From Isoptericola halotolerans (GTDB taxonomy: Bacteria; Actinomycetota; Actinomycetes; Actinomycetales; Cellulomonadaceae), in assembly GCF_013149785.1 (NCBI RefSeq), contig NZ_JABEZU010000001.1, forward strand, positions 372,001-436,000: a DNA stretch of 64,000 nt. Direction: 5' to 3'. The notes under the pieces are model-generated. The model was not told the origin of the DNA, ran no database searches, and was given only the letters and a program-made list of their open reading frames with translations. This document shows, piece after piece, positions 9,954 through 19,471 of the stretch (the stretch's first letter is position 1; each line of letters starts with the position of its first letter). The translations under genes and the position numbers were made by a program.

Positions 9954-10772
9954 CTAGTGGGGCGAGGGCGGGGCGTCCGCGAGGTCGACGACCACCGGGA
10001 CGTGGTCGCTCGCGCCCTTGCCCTTGCGCTCGTCACGATCGATCGCCACGCCGGTGACGCGCTCGCGCAGCGCCGCCGAGGCGTAGGCGAAGTCGATCCG
10101 CAGACCCTTGTCCCGCGGGAAGGCGAGCTGCTGGTAGTCCCAGTAGGTGTAGGTGTGCTCGGCCGGCAGGTGCTCGCGCGTGACCTCGGTGTAGCCGGCC
10201 TCCTCGAACGCCGCGAAGGCCGCACGCTCGGCGGGCGAGACGTGCGTGTGGCCCTCGAACGCGGTGGCGTCCCAGACGTCGGTGTCGAGGGGGATGACGT
10301 TCCAGTCGCCCAGCAGGGCGACCTGCGCGGTGGGGTCGGCGGCGAGCCAGCCCTCGGCGTCCCGCCGCAGCCCGTCGAGCCAGGCGAGCTTGTAGGCGTA
10401 GTGCGGGTCGTCGAGGGCGCGCCCGTGCGGGACGTACAGCGACCACACGCGGACCCCGGCGCACGTCGCCCCGAGGGCACGGGCCTCGACCCGGGGCTCC
10501 TGGTCGGCCTTGCCGAAGGCGGGCTGACCGGCGAACGACGTCGCGACGTCCTGCAGGCCCACCCGGGAGACGATCGCGACGCCGTTCCACTGGTGGTACC
10601 CGGTGTGGGCGACCTCGTAGCCGGCGGCCTCGAACGCGGCGACGGGGACCTGCTCGTCCCGGCACTTGGTCTCCTGGATCGCGAGCACGTCGGTGCCCGA
10701 CCGTTCCAGGAAGGCCAGCACTCGGTCGAGCCGGGTCCGCAGAGAGTTGACGTTCCACGTGGCGATACGCAC
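9954..10772 (-). CDS. xth: exodeoxyribonuclease III
   Basis: RIATWNVNS, LAIQETK, GDWN, YTYWDY, LRID, SDH motifs. Confidence 0.93.
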   Translation of the reverse strand: MRIATWNVNSLRTRLDRVLAFLERSGTDVLAIQETKCRDEQVPVAAFEAAGYEVAHTGYHQWNGVAIVSRVGLQDVATSFAGQPAFGKADQEPRVEARALGATCAGVRVWSLYVPHGRALDDPHYAYKLAWLDGLRRDAEGWLAADPTAQVALLGDWNVIPLDTDVWDATAFEGHTHVSPAERAAFAAFEEAGYTEVTREHLPAEHTYTYWDYQQLAFPRDKGLRIDFAYASAALRERVTGVAIDRDERKGKGASDHVPVVVDLADAPPSPH

Positions 10773-10803
10773 GACACGCACCCTAGGCCTCTAGAGTGCG
10801 TCC

Positions 10804-11577
10804 ATGGGAACCGCGCTCGTCACCGGTGCTACCGCCGGCCTCGGACTGGAGTTCGCCTGGCAGCTCGCCACCGCGCGCCACGACCTCGTGCTCGTGGCGC
10901 GCACCACCGAGCGCCTGGAGCAGGTGGCAGGGCAGATCCGTGCCGCCGCCGGGGTCCGGGTGGAGGTCCTGCCCGCCGACCTGGCCGTGCCCGACGACGT
11001 CGCCCGGGTCGCGGAGCGGCTGGCGGTCACGGGGGAGGAGCCGGGCGACGAACGCAACCCGGTCGGGCTGCTCGTCAACAACGCGGGGTTCGCCACCGCG
11101 CAACGGTTCGTCGGGGGCGACGTCCAGGTCGAGCTCGGGGCGATCGACGTCATGGTGCGGGCCGTCGTCGAGCTCACCCATGCCGCCGCCGGACAGATGA
11201 CCGCCCGGGGGCGCGGTGCGGTGCTCAACGTCGCCTCGGTCGCAGCGCTGACGGCCGGGGGGACCTACGCCGCGGCCAAGGCGTACGTGCGTTCCTTCAC
11301 CGAGGGGCTCGCGGTGGACCTCCAGGGCACCGGGGTCACGGCGACGGTGCTGTGCCCCGGGTTCGTCCGGACCGAGTTCCACGACCGGGCCGAGCTGGAC
11401 ATGACGTCGGTGCCCGCGATCGGCTGGCTGGACGCCCCGTACGTCGTCTCGCAGGCGCTCGCCGACGTCCGCCGCGGCGTCGTCATCTCCACCCCGTCGT
11501 TGCGCTACAAGGCCGGCTCGGCGTTGCTGCGGCTCCTGCCGCGCTCCGCCGTCCGGGCCATCGGCCACTACCGCTGA
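10804..11577 (+). CDS. short-chain dehydrogenase/reductase
   Basis: TGATAGLG, NNAG, YAAAK. Confidence 0.92.
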   Translation: MGTALVTGATAGLGLEFAWQLATARHDLVLVARTTERLEQVAGQIRAAAGVRVEVLPADLAVPDDVARVAERLAVTGEEPGDERNPVGLLVNNAGFATAQRFVGGDVQVELGAIDVMVRAVVELTHAAAGQMTARGRGAVLNVASVAALTAGGTYAAAKAYVRSFTEGLAVDLQGTGVTATVLCPGFVRTEFHDRAELDMTSVPAIGWLDAPYVVSQALADVRRGVVISTPSLRYKAGSALLRLLPRSAVRAIGHYR

Positions 11578-12587
11578 GCGGCCTGACGGGCGGCAGCGGC
11601 CTGCGCCGCCTCCGCCTCGGCCCTGCGGGCGTCGCGTAGCGCCTTCTCGTGCTCGCGCACCTTCTTCTGCGCCTCGCGGACCTTGCGCTCGGCCTCCTTG
11701 CGCTTCGCCGCGGCCTTCTTGACCTTGGCGTCGGAGGAGTAGGCCTGGACGACGGCGGCGACCTCGGCGAGCGCCGCCTCGTCGTCCGGTGCGCCGGCGA
11801 GGCCGCCCGCGTGCTCCTCGACGCGGTCACCGCCGTCGGAGGGGGCGCACCGGGTGATGAACGCCGCCACCCCGTCGAGGGTGCGTTCGAGACCCCAGGC
11901 GACGTCGTCGACCTCATCGAGCTCGGGGACCTCCGGCACGTACGACCCGCGTTCGACGAGCGGACGCAGGTACGGGAAGCGGATCTCGTCGACGAGCATC
12001 CGCAGGGTGTCGGCGATCCCGGCGGCGTCGTACGTGCCGTCCGTCTCGCCGGCCGCTCGGTGGAGGTCGCGGCCGAGCAGGGCGGCGTTGCGGGTGTAGC
12101 CGTTGACGAGCAGGATCGTGGCGACCTTCGCGCCGTCGCCGAGCGGGGTGGAGCGCAGCGCGCGCAGGGCGACGTCGGCGGCGCGCAGGTTGTTCGGGGT
12201 CATCGGGGCGCCGCTGATGGGGATGTCCAGCACCCAGGGGTGCTGCCGGTAGGTGGCGAGCACGAACAGCGCCCACTCGCGCAGCTCGGCGCGCCAGTCC
12301 GGCGGCTCGTGCGCGGGGGGGAACTCGACGTCGAACGCCATCTCCTGCATGAGCAGCAGCAGGTCGTCCTTGCTGGTGACGTACCGGTACAGCGACATCG
12401 TGGTGAAGCCGAGACTCTTGGCCACCCGGGCCATGGAGACCCCGGCGAGGCCCTCGGCGTCGGCGATCTCGACGGCGGCCTCGACGATCCGCTCGATGCT
12501 GAGCTCCCGGCGAGGGGCCCGCTCGGGACGTTCGGCGACCCCCCAGGTGAGCGCGAGGCGGGCGGGGAGCTCGGGCACGTCGGTCAT
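11568..12587 (-). CDS. TetR-family regulator with charged C-terminal extension
   Basis: HTH SMARVAKSLGFTTMSLYRYVTSKDDLL; TetR_C-like HPW motif; Lys/Glu/Ala tail. Confidence 0.88.
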   Translation of the reverse strand: MTDVPELPARLALTWGVAERPERAPRRELSIERIVEAAVEIADAEGLAGVSMARVAKSLGFTTMSLYRYVTSKDDLLLLMQEMAFDVEFPPAHEPPDWRAELREWALFVLATYRQHPWVLDIPISGAPMTPNNLRAADVALRALRSTPLGDGAKVATILLVNGYTRNAALLGRDLHRAAGETDGTYDAAGIADTLRMLVDEIRFPYLRPLVERGSYVPEVPELDEVDDVAWGLERTLDGVAAFITRCAPSDGGDRVEEHAGGLAGAPDDEAALAEVAAVVQAYSSDAKVKKAAAKRKEAERKVREAQKKVREHEKALRDARRAEAEAAQAAAARQAAQR

Positions 12588-12618
12588 GGCCCCATCATGA
12601 CCGACGTGCCCGGGCCCG

Positions 12619-13440
12619 TCATCGAGCCGTTCGCCGGCGGTAGGTCACGGACCCGGCCAGGATGCTCGCCGCCAGGAAGCCGGCGAGCCACGCGCAGGCG
12701 GCGAGGAGGGTGCCCGCGTCGGGAGTGTCCATGAGGAGCCCGCGCACGGACTCGATGACCGGGGTGAACGGCTGGTTCTCGGAGAAGCCGTGCAGCCAGG
12801 TCGGCATCGTCTCCACGGGGACGAAACCGGAGCTGAGGTACGGCAGGAAGAGGAAGATCATGGTGACGGACTGGGCGGCCTCGACGCTCATCACCAGGCC
12901 GAGCGTGGCGCTGATCCAGGTGAAGGTCAGGACGGCGAGCACGGCGAGGCCGAGGAACCCGAGCCAGCCGGCGATCCCGGCATCGGGTCGGAAGCCCAGG
13001 GCCACGGCGGCGAGCACGACGACGACGGCGGAGGCGAGGTTGCGCACGACGCTGGCGATCACGTGTCCCCACAGGGCGGACGGACCGAAGATCGGCAAGG
13101 TCTTGAAGCGGTCGATGGTGCCGGTCGTCATGTCCTGCGAGACGCCGATCGCTGCGCTGGCGGAGTTCATGCCCAGGCACATGACGAGCACGCCGGGCAC
13201 GACGTAGTCGATGTAGTCGCCATCGGTGCTGCCGGAGATCGCCCCGCCGAAGATGACGACGAACACGATCATGATCAGCACGGGCAGGGCGAAGGCGGTG
13301 ATGAGCCCGTCGACGGAACGCAGCGAGCGCCTGGTCTCGCGCCGGGTCATGGTGACGACGTCGCGCACGGCGGAGCGGTGCTTCAGCGGGGCAGCGGCGC
13401 GGGGGGACGCGGTGGTCGCGACGGGCAGGGTGGTGGTCAT
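12619..13440 (-). CDS. ABC-2 (DrrB-like) exporter permease
   Basis: ATG at 13440 overlaps the ATPase stop; YIDYVVPG, IDRFKTLP, SSGFVPVETMP, NQPFT. Confidence 0.88.
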   Translation of the reverse strand: MTTTLPVATTASPRAAAPLKHRSAVRDVVTMTRRETRRSLRSVDGLITAFALPVLIMIVFVVIFGGAISGSTDGDYIDYVVPGVLVMCLGMNSASAAIGVSQDMTTGTIDRFKTLPIFGPSALWGHVIASVVRNLASAVVVVLAAVALGFRPDAGIAGWLGFLGLAVLAVLTFTWISATLGLVMSVEAAQSVTMIFLFLPYLSSGFVPVETMPTWLHGFSENQPFTPVIESVRGLLMDTPDAGTLLAACAWLAGFLAASILAGSVTYRRRTAR

Positions 13441-14426
13441 CGTCGTGCCTCCTGGCGGTCGCGGTCCGAGGTGGCCGGCGACGCGGGCCGGTGGGTCAGG
13501 GCGAGGAAGACGTCGTCGAGCGTGGGCTTGACCACGCTGACGGCGGCGATGTCGAGCCCGTCGCGCTCTGCGCGGGCGAGGATCTCGCGGATCGTGTGCA
13601 CGGGGGTGCTGGTCGGCAGGGTGAGCGTGAGCTGCTTGTCGTCCGACTCGGCCTCGGTGAGTCCGGCGATGCCGGCGAACGAGCGCTCGCGCGCGGTGGT
13701 CAGTCCGTCCGTGTCGTCGAAGGTGACCCGGACCCTGTCGTCGTCGACGAGCGCCTTGAGCTCGGAGGCGGTGCCGCGGGCGGCGATGCGGCCGTCGGCG
13801 AGCACGGCGATCGTGTCCGCGAGCTGGTCGGCCTCCTCCAGGTACTGGGTGGTGAGCAGGATGGTGGTGCCGTCGGCGGCCAGCGAGCGCACCACCTCCC
13901 ACAGCTGGGTGCGCGACGCCGGGTCGAGCCCGGTGGTCGGCTCGTCGAGCACGAGGACCTCCGGGTCGGCCACGAGGCTGATCGCCAGGTCGAGCCGGCG
14001 GCGCATGCCTCCGGAGTAGGTGGAGACCCGGCGTCGCGCGGCGTCGGCGAGGTCGAAGCGCTCGAGCAGCTCGGCGGCGCGTCGGCGGACGGCGCGCCGC
14101 GGCAGGTGGGCGAGGTCCGCCATCATGACGAGGTTCTCCTCGCCGGTCTGGAACTCGTCGACGGACGCGTACTGGCCGGTCAGGGCGATGCTGCGGCGCA
14201 CGGCACCGGGCTGTCGCACGACGTCGGCGCCCGCGATGGCCGCCGTGCCGCCGTCGGGCCGCACGAGGGTGGTGAGGATGTTGACGCACGTGGTCTTGCC
14301 GGCACCGTTCGGGCCGAGCAGCGCGAAGATCTCGCCGCGGCGGACGTCGAGGTCGACGCCGCGCAGCACGGGGTGACGCCCGTAGGACTTGTGCAGCCCA
14401 CGGACCTCGATCAGCGGGTCGTTCAT
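13437..14426 (-). CDS. DrrA-like ABC exporter ATP-binding protein
   Basis: ATG at 14426 after AGGAG; GPNGAGKT, YSGGMRRRLD, LDEPTTGLD, TTQYLEEAD, PTLDDVFL. Confidence 0.92.
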   Translation of the reverse strand: MNDPLIEVRGLHKSYGRHPVLRGVDLDVRRGEIFALLGPNGAGKTTCVNILTTLVRPDGGTAAIAGADVVRQPGAVRRSIALTGQYASVDEFQTGEENLVMMADLAHLPRRAVRRRAAELLERFDLADAARRRVSTYSGGMRRRLDLAISLVADPEVLVLDEPTTGLDPASRTQLWEVVRSLAADGTTILLTTQYLEEADQLADTIAVLADGRIAARGTASELKALVDDDRVRVTFDDTDGLTTARERSFAGIAGLTEAESDDKQLTLTLPTSTPVHTIREILARAERDGLDIAAVSVVKPTLDDVFLALTHRPASPATSDRDRQEARR

Positions 14427-14447
14427 GGCCGGGCTCCTGGGTCGGTG

Positions 14448-14516
14448 TGTGTATGACGTACACGAGCGTACGTCATACACAACGGTGTAGGAAATACATC
14501 TGGTGTGGTGCGTAGA
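14448..14516. promoter_or_regulatory. array of TGTA-N5-TACA-like boxes, probable TetR operators
   Basis: TGTATGACGTACA (14450), CGTACGTCATACA (14467), TGTAGGAAATACA (14486), degenerate copy at 14504; the first two form a 14-bp inverted repeat. Confidence 0.6.
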
Positions 14517-14561
14517 CATCCCTGCCGCCCCCTGCTCAGGCACCCGGATATCCTGGGCCTC

Positions 14562-15143
14562 GTGACTTCCGCCGACTTCTCCCCGACCCCCCGTGAGCAG
14601 CTGCTCGAGCTCGTCCAGGAGCTCGCCGTCGTGCACGGGAAGGTGACGCTCTCCTCCGGCAAGGAGGCCGACTACTACGTCGACCTGCGCCGGATCACCC
14701 TGCACCACCGTGCGGCCCCGCTGGTCGGGCACGTGCTGCTGGACCACCTCGAGGAGGTCGGGCTCGGTACGGCCGACGTGGACGCCGTCGGCGGGCTCAC
14801 CCTCGGGGCGGACCCCATCGCCGACGCGCTGCTGCACGCCGCCGCCTCCCGCGGGCAGGAGCTCGACGCCTTCGTCGTGCGCAAGTCCGCCAAGACCCAC
14901 GGGATGCAGCGGCAGATCGAGGGGCCCGACGTCACCGGGCGGCGCGTCGTCGTCCTCGAGGACACCACCACCACGGGCGGCTCACCGATCACCGCTATCG
15001 AGGCGCTGCGTGCGGCCGGGGCCGAGGTGCTCGGCTGCGCCACCATCGTGGACCGCGACACCGGTGCGGGGGCGAAGATCGAGGCTCTCGGGGTGCCCTA
15101 CCACTACCTCTTCGACCTGGACGACCTCGGCCTGAGCCGGTAG
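14562..15143 (+). CDS. pyrE: orotate phosphoribosyltransferase
   Basis: LSSGKEADYYVD, VRKSAKTHG, VVLEDTTTTGGS PRPP motif; GTG 7 nt after TATCCT. Confidence 0.93.
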   Translation: MTSADFSPTPREQLLELVQELAVVHGKVTLSSGKEADYYVDLRRITLHHRAAPLVGHVLLDHLEEVGLGTADVDAVGGLTLGADPIADALLHAAASRGQELDAFVVRKSAKTHGMQRQIEGPDVTGRRVVVLEDTTTTGGSPITAIEALRAAGAEVLGCATIVDRDTGAGAKIEALGVPYHYLFDLDDLGLSR

Positions 15144-15158
15144 CGCAGCGGAGGTCGT

Positions 15159-15233
15159 GGTTGTGGGCGCGATTCTTGGGGCCTGAAACTCCTATTTTCC
15201 ATGCATATCGGGCCAGGGTTCGCGCCCACAACC
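15159..15233. repeat. intergenic inverted repeat (REP-like or bidirectional terminator)
   Basis: GGTTGTGGGCGCGA ... TCGCGCCCACAACC flanking an AT-richer core between convergent pyrE and HAD genes. Confidence 0.55.
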
Positions 15234-15237
15234 GGGT

Positions 15238-16014
15238 TCAGACGCGGTCGACCAGGTCCGCGATCGAGTCCACGACGTGCGAGGGCCGGAACGGGTGATG
15301 GTCCACCTCGTGCTCCGCGGTGGACCCGGTGAGCACGAGGAACGTCTCCAGCCCGGCCTCGATCCCGGCCACGACGTCGGTGTCCATGCGGTCGCCGATC
15401 ATCGCGGTCGTCTCCGAGTGCGCATCGATCCGGTTGAGCGCCGAACGGAACATCATCGGGTTGGGCTTGCCCACGTAGTAGGGCGACCGGCCCGTCGCCG
15501 CGGTGATCATCGCCGCGACCGCACCGGTGGCGGGCAGCGGGCCCTCGGTGGAGGGGCCGGTCGTGTCCGGGTTCGTGGCGATGAACCTCGCGCCGGCCTT
15601 GATGAGGCGGATCGCCTTGGTGATCGCCTCGAACGAGTAGGTGCGGGTCTCGCCCAGCACCACGTAGTCCGGGTCCGTCTCGGTGAGCGTGTAGCCGGCC
15701 GCGTGCAGGGCCGTGGTCAGCCCGGCCTCGCCGATCGCGTACGCCGAGCCGTTCGGCACCTGGTCGGCGAGGAACTTGGCGGTCGCCAGGGCCGACGTCC
15801 AGATCGCCTCCTCCGGCACCTCGATGCCGGACCTGGCCAACCGTGCGGACAGGTCGCGCGCGGTGAAGATCGAGTTGTTGGTCAGCACCAGGAAGGGACG
15901 ACCGGCCTCCCGCAGCGCGCGGATGAAGTCCGCCGCCCCGGGGATCGCCTCGCCCTCGTGCACGAGGACGCCGTCCATGTCCGTCAGCCAGCACTCGATC
16001 GTCCGTCCGCTCAT
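15238..16014 (-). CDS. HAD-IIA family hydrolase (NagD-like)
   Basis: [24 protein letters not shown]. Confidence 0.92.
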   Translation of the reverse strand: MSGRTIECWLTDMDGVLVHEGEAIPGAADFIRALREAGRPFLVLTNNSIFTARDLSARLARSGIEVPEEAIWTSALATAKFLADQVPNGSAYAIGEAGLTTALHAAGYTLTETDPDYVVLGETRTYSFEAITKAIRLIKAGARFIATNPDTTGPSTEGPLPATGAVAAMITAATGRSPYYVGKPNPMMFRSALNRIDAHSETTAMIGDRMDTDVVAGIEAGLETFLVLTGSTAEHEVDHHPFRPSHVVDSIADLVDRV

Positions 16015-16064
16015 GCGCACACGCTATCGCCAGCGGCGCCCGGTGGGGCCGTAGGCTTCCCTCC

Positions 16065-17036
16065 GTGACCGACGAGCCGCAGGAATCGACTCACTCCGGC
16101 GCCGTGCGCCGCCACGCCGCGCCGCATCCCGGTACGCCCTGGCGCGCCGCGCCCGGCCTCGCCGTCCGTGGCGGGCTGGTCGGCATGGCCGAGTCGGTCC
16201 CCGGCATCTCCGGCGGCACCGTCGCCCTGGTCACCGGCCTGTACGACCGGCTGCTCGCGGCCGCGAGCCAGGTGGTGCACGCCGGCCGCGAGCTCGTCCA
16301 GGGCATCGCCCGGGGCCGTGGCCTGCGACCGGCAGGACGTGCCCTGCGCGCCGTCGACGCCCGGTTCCTCGTGCCGGTGCTCGTCGGCATGGCGGTGATG
16401 CTCCTGGTCTCCCTCAGCCTGGTCGCGCCGCTGCTGGAGGAGAACCCCGTCCCGGTGCGGGCGGTGTTCTTCGGCATGATCGCCGTCTCGGTGATCGTGC
16501 CCCTGCGGATGATGCCGGACCGGTTCCGCCCGCTGGACGCCGGCCTCCTCGTCGTCGCCGCGGTCGCCGGGTTCTTCCTGGTCGGCCTGCCCCCGAGCGA
16601 CCTGTCCGACCCGTCGCTCTGGTACGTCGCCGGGTGTGCGGCGATCGCCATCAACGCGCTCGTGCTGCCCGGCGTCTCGGGCTCGACCCTGCTGGTCGTG
16701 CTGGGGATCTACATCCCCGTGCAGCAGGCGATCTCGGACCGTGACCTGGCGTTCGTCGGCGCTTTCGCGCTCGGTGCGATCGTCGGCCTGGCGTCCTTCG
16801 TCAAGCTCCTGCACTGGTTGCTGGAGCACCGGCGGCAGGTGACCATGGCGGTGCTCGCCGGCCTCATGATCGGCTCGCTGCGTGCGCTGTGGCCCTGGCA
16901 GGACGCCGACGGCGGTCTCCTCGCGCCGCCCGACGCCGGCGCCACCGTCGGGCCGGTGATGCTCGCCGTGGCGGGTGCCGCCGTCGTCGGCGCCGCGATC
17001 TGGTGGGAGTCGGTGCGGGGCGACGAGGATGCCTGA
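16065..17036 (+). CDS. DUF368 family membrane protein
   Basis: Duplicated PGISGGT / PGVSGST motifs, multiple TM helices, GSLRALWPW. Confidence 0.85.
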   Translation: MTDEPQESTHSGAVRRHAAPHPGTPWRAAPGLAVRGGLVGMAESVPGISGGTVALVTGLYDRLLAAASQVVHAGRELVQGIARGRGLRPAGRALRAVDARFLVPVLVGMAVMLLVSLSLVAPLLEENPVPVRAVFFGMIAVSVIVPLRMMPDRFRPLDAGLLVVAAVAGFFLVGLPPSDLSDPSLWYVAGCAAIAINALVLPGVSGSTLLVVLGIYIPVQQAISDRDLAFVGAFALGAIVGLASFVKLLHWLLEHRRQVTMAVLAGLMIGSLRALWPWQDADGGLLAPPDAGATVGPVMLAVAGAAVVGAAIWWESVRGDEDA

Positions 17037-17670
17037 GGCGGACGGTGCCGGGGAGCAGGTCGGCGTCGGGCCCTGGTCCGGCGGCTCGCCGCCCGACGAC
17101 CCCCGCTACGACCCCGAGCTGCTCGCGCACGGCGACCGCCGCAACGTCGTCGACCGCTACCGGTACTGGACGGTCGAGGCGATCCGGGCCGACCTCGACG
17201 CGCGGCGTCCGCCGGACCGTCACCTGCACGTCGCGATCGAGAACTGGGCGCACGACCTGAACATCGGGTCCGTGGTGCGCACGGCCAACGCCTTCAACGC
17301 GGCCGGGGTGCACATCGTGGGACGGCGGCGGTGGAACCGCCGGGGCGCGATGGTCACCGACCGGTACCTGCACCTGCACCACCACCCGGACCCCGCGGCG
17401 TTCGCCGCGTGGGCCGCCCACGCCGACGACGGTGCGCGGCTACCGGTCGTCGGGGTCGACAACGTGCCCGGGTCCGTCCCGCTCGAGGGGCGCGAGCTCC
17501 CGGCGCGGTGCGTGCTGCTCCTCGGGCAGGAGTCGAGCGGGCTGACGCCCGAGGCGCAGGCCGCGTGCGACGTCGTCGTGCACATCACCCAGCACGGCTC
17601 GACACGCTCGCTGAACGCGGGTGCGGCGGCGGCCGTCGCGATGCACTCCTGGGCCCTGCAGCACGCGTGA
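17029..17670 (+). CDS. TrmH/SpoU family RNA methyltransferase
   Basis: ENWAHDLNIGSVVRTANAF, GQESSGL, TRSLNAG. Confidence 0.88.
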   Translation: MPEADGAGEQVGVGPWSGGSPPDDPRYDPELLAHGDRRNVVDRYRYWTVEAIRADLDARRPPDRHLHVAIENWAHDLNIGSVVRTANAFNAAGVHIVGRRRWNRRGAMVTDRYLHLHHHPDPAAFAAWAAHADDGARLPVVGVDNVPGSVPLEGRELPARCVLLLGQESSGLTPEAQAACDVVVHITQHGSTRSLNAGAAAAVAMHSWALQHA

Positions 17671-17829
17671 TCGGGGCGACCGTCTCGCTGGGCGGTACCG
17701 GATGTGACGGCCATGACCCGCTCGTGAGAAAATCGGGGCGCATGTGGTCCTGGCGATCGCTCGCCACCAGTGAGGGTGTGTCGCCGCCCGCCTGCGTTCC
17801 TCGTACGTTCCCTCATTGGAGTACCGCAG

Positions 17830-18849
<1,020 letters not shown>

Positions 18850-18863
18850 TCGTCGCCTGACGT

Positions 18864-18904
18864 GCGCAGTGCCCCTCCACCGACCGGGTGGAGGGGCACT
18901 GTGC
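18864..18904. terminator. hairpin terminator after fbaA
   Basis: GCGCAGTGCCCCTCCACC-GACCG-GGTGGAGGGGCACTGTGC between convergent genes. Confidence 0.75.
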
Positions 18905-18934
18905 GTTCTGCGCTGCCTGGGGGAGCGGGTCGGG

Positions 18935-19357
18935 CTACCGCGGCCCGGCGGCGGTGATGTCGAGGTCGACGCCCGGGTCCTCGTCGACGATCTCGAGGAG
19001 CTCGCCGATGCGGGTGACGTCGAGGAGGAAGCGGACGGTCGGCGGGGCGCGCAGCACCCGGACCTTGTGCGGGCTGCGCGACGCCAGGCGAGCCAGGAAG
19101 GCCACGCCGGAGGAGTCCATGAACGTGACGTGGTGCGCGTCGAGCTCGACCGGCAGGCCGGAGGCCTCGGCGTCGGAGATCGCCTCGCCGAGCTCGGCGC
19201 TCACGTCGGCGTCGATCTCGCCCGACAGCACCACCCGGGCCCGTGACGTCCCGACGATGACGTGGATGCTCGCAGGGTCACCGATCTGGGGCGCCGTGGA
19301 GGCTGCGCCGTCCCCGTTCCCAGGGGTGCCCGGCGTCGTGTTCGATCCGTCCTGCAC
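18935..19357 (-). CDS. STAS-domain anti-sigma factor antagonist
   Basis: LSGEID and VTFMDSSG phospho-Ser motif; AAGGAAGGAG RBS. Confidence 0.85.
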   Translation of the reverse strand: MQDGSNTTPGTPGNGDGAASTAPQIGDPASIHVIVGTSRARVVLSGEIDADVSAELGEAISDAEASGLPVELDAHHVTFMDSSGVAFLARLASRSPHKVRVLRAPPTVRFLLDVTRIGELLEIVDEDPGVDLDITAAGPR

Positions 19358-19471
19358 GGTGCTCCTTCCTTGAGCTGTTCGCTCTCCTCAGGTCTCAGCG
19401 GACACCAATCTACGGTTGAATGTGCAGCGAATGCACCAACTTGGCCGTGACACGACGGAAACGGAGGGCGT

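Noticed and set aside
9013..9957. Plus-strand 314-aa ORF spanning the NlpC promoter region
   Set aside because: It is mostly antisense to 9201-9944 with no motifs; 8960-9190 looks like non-coding promoter DNA
12619..14463. Apparent fusions or frameshifts in extended ORFs (also 30920-32791, 36672-37940, 47900-50725, 53960-56326)
   Set aside because: They are explained by internal starts with 1- or 4-nt stop/start overlaps; there is no evidence of pseudogenes
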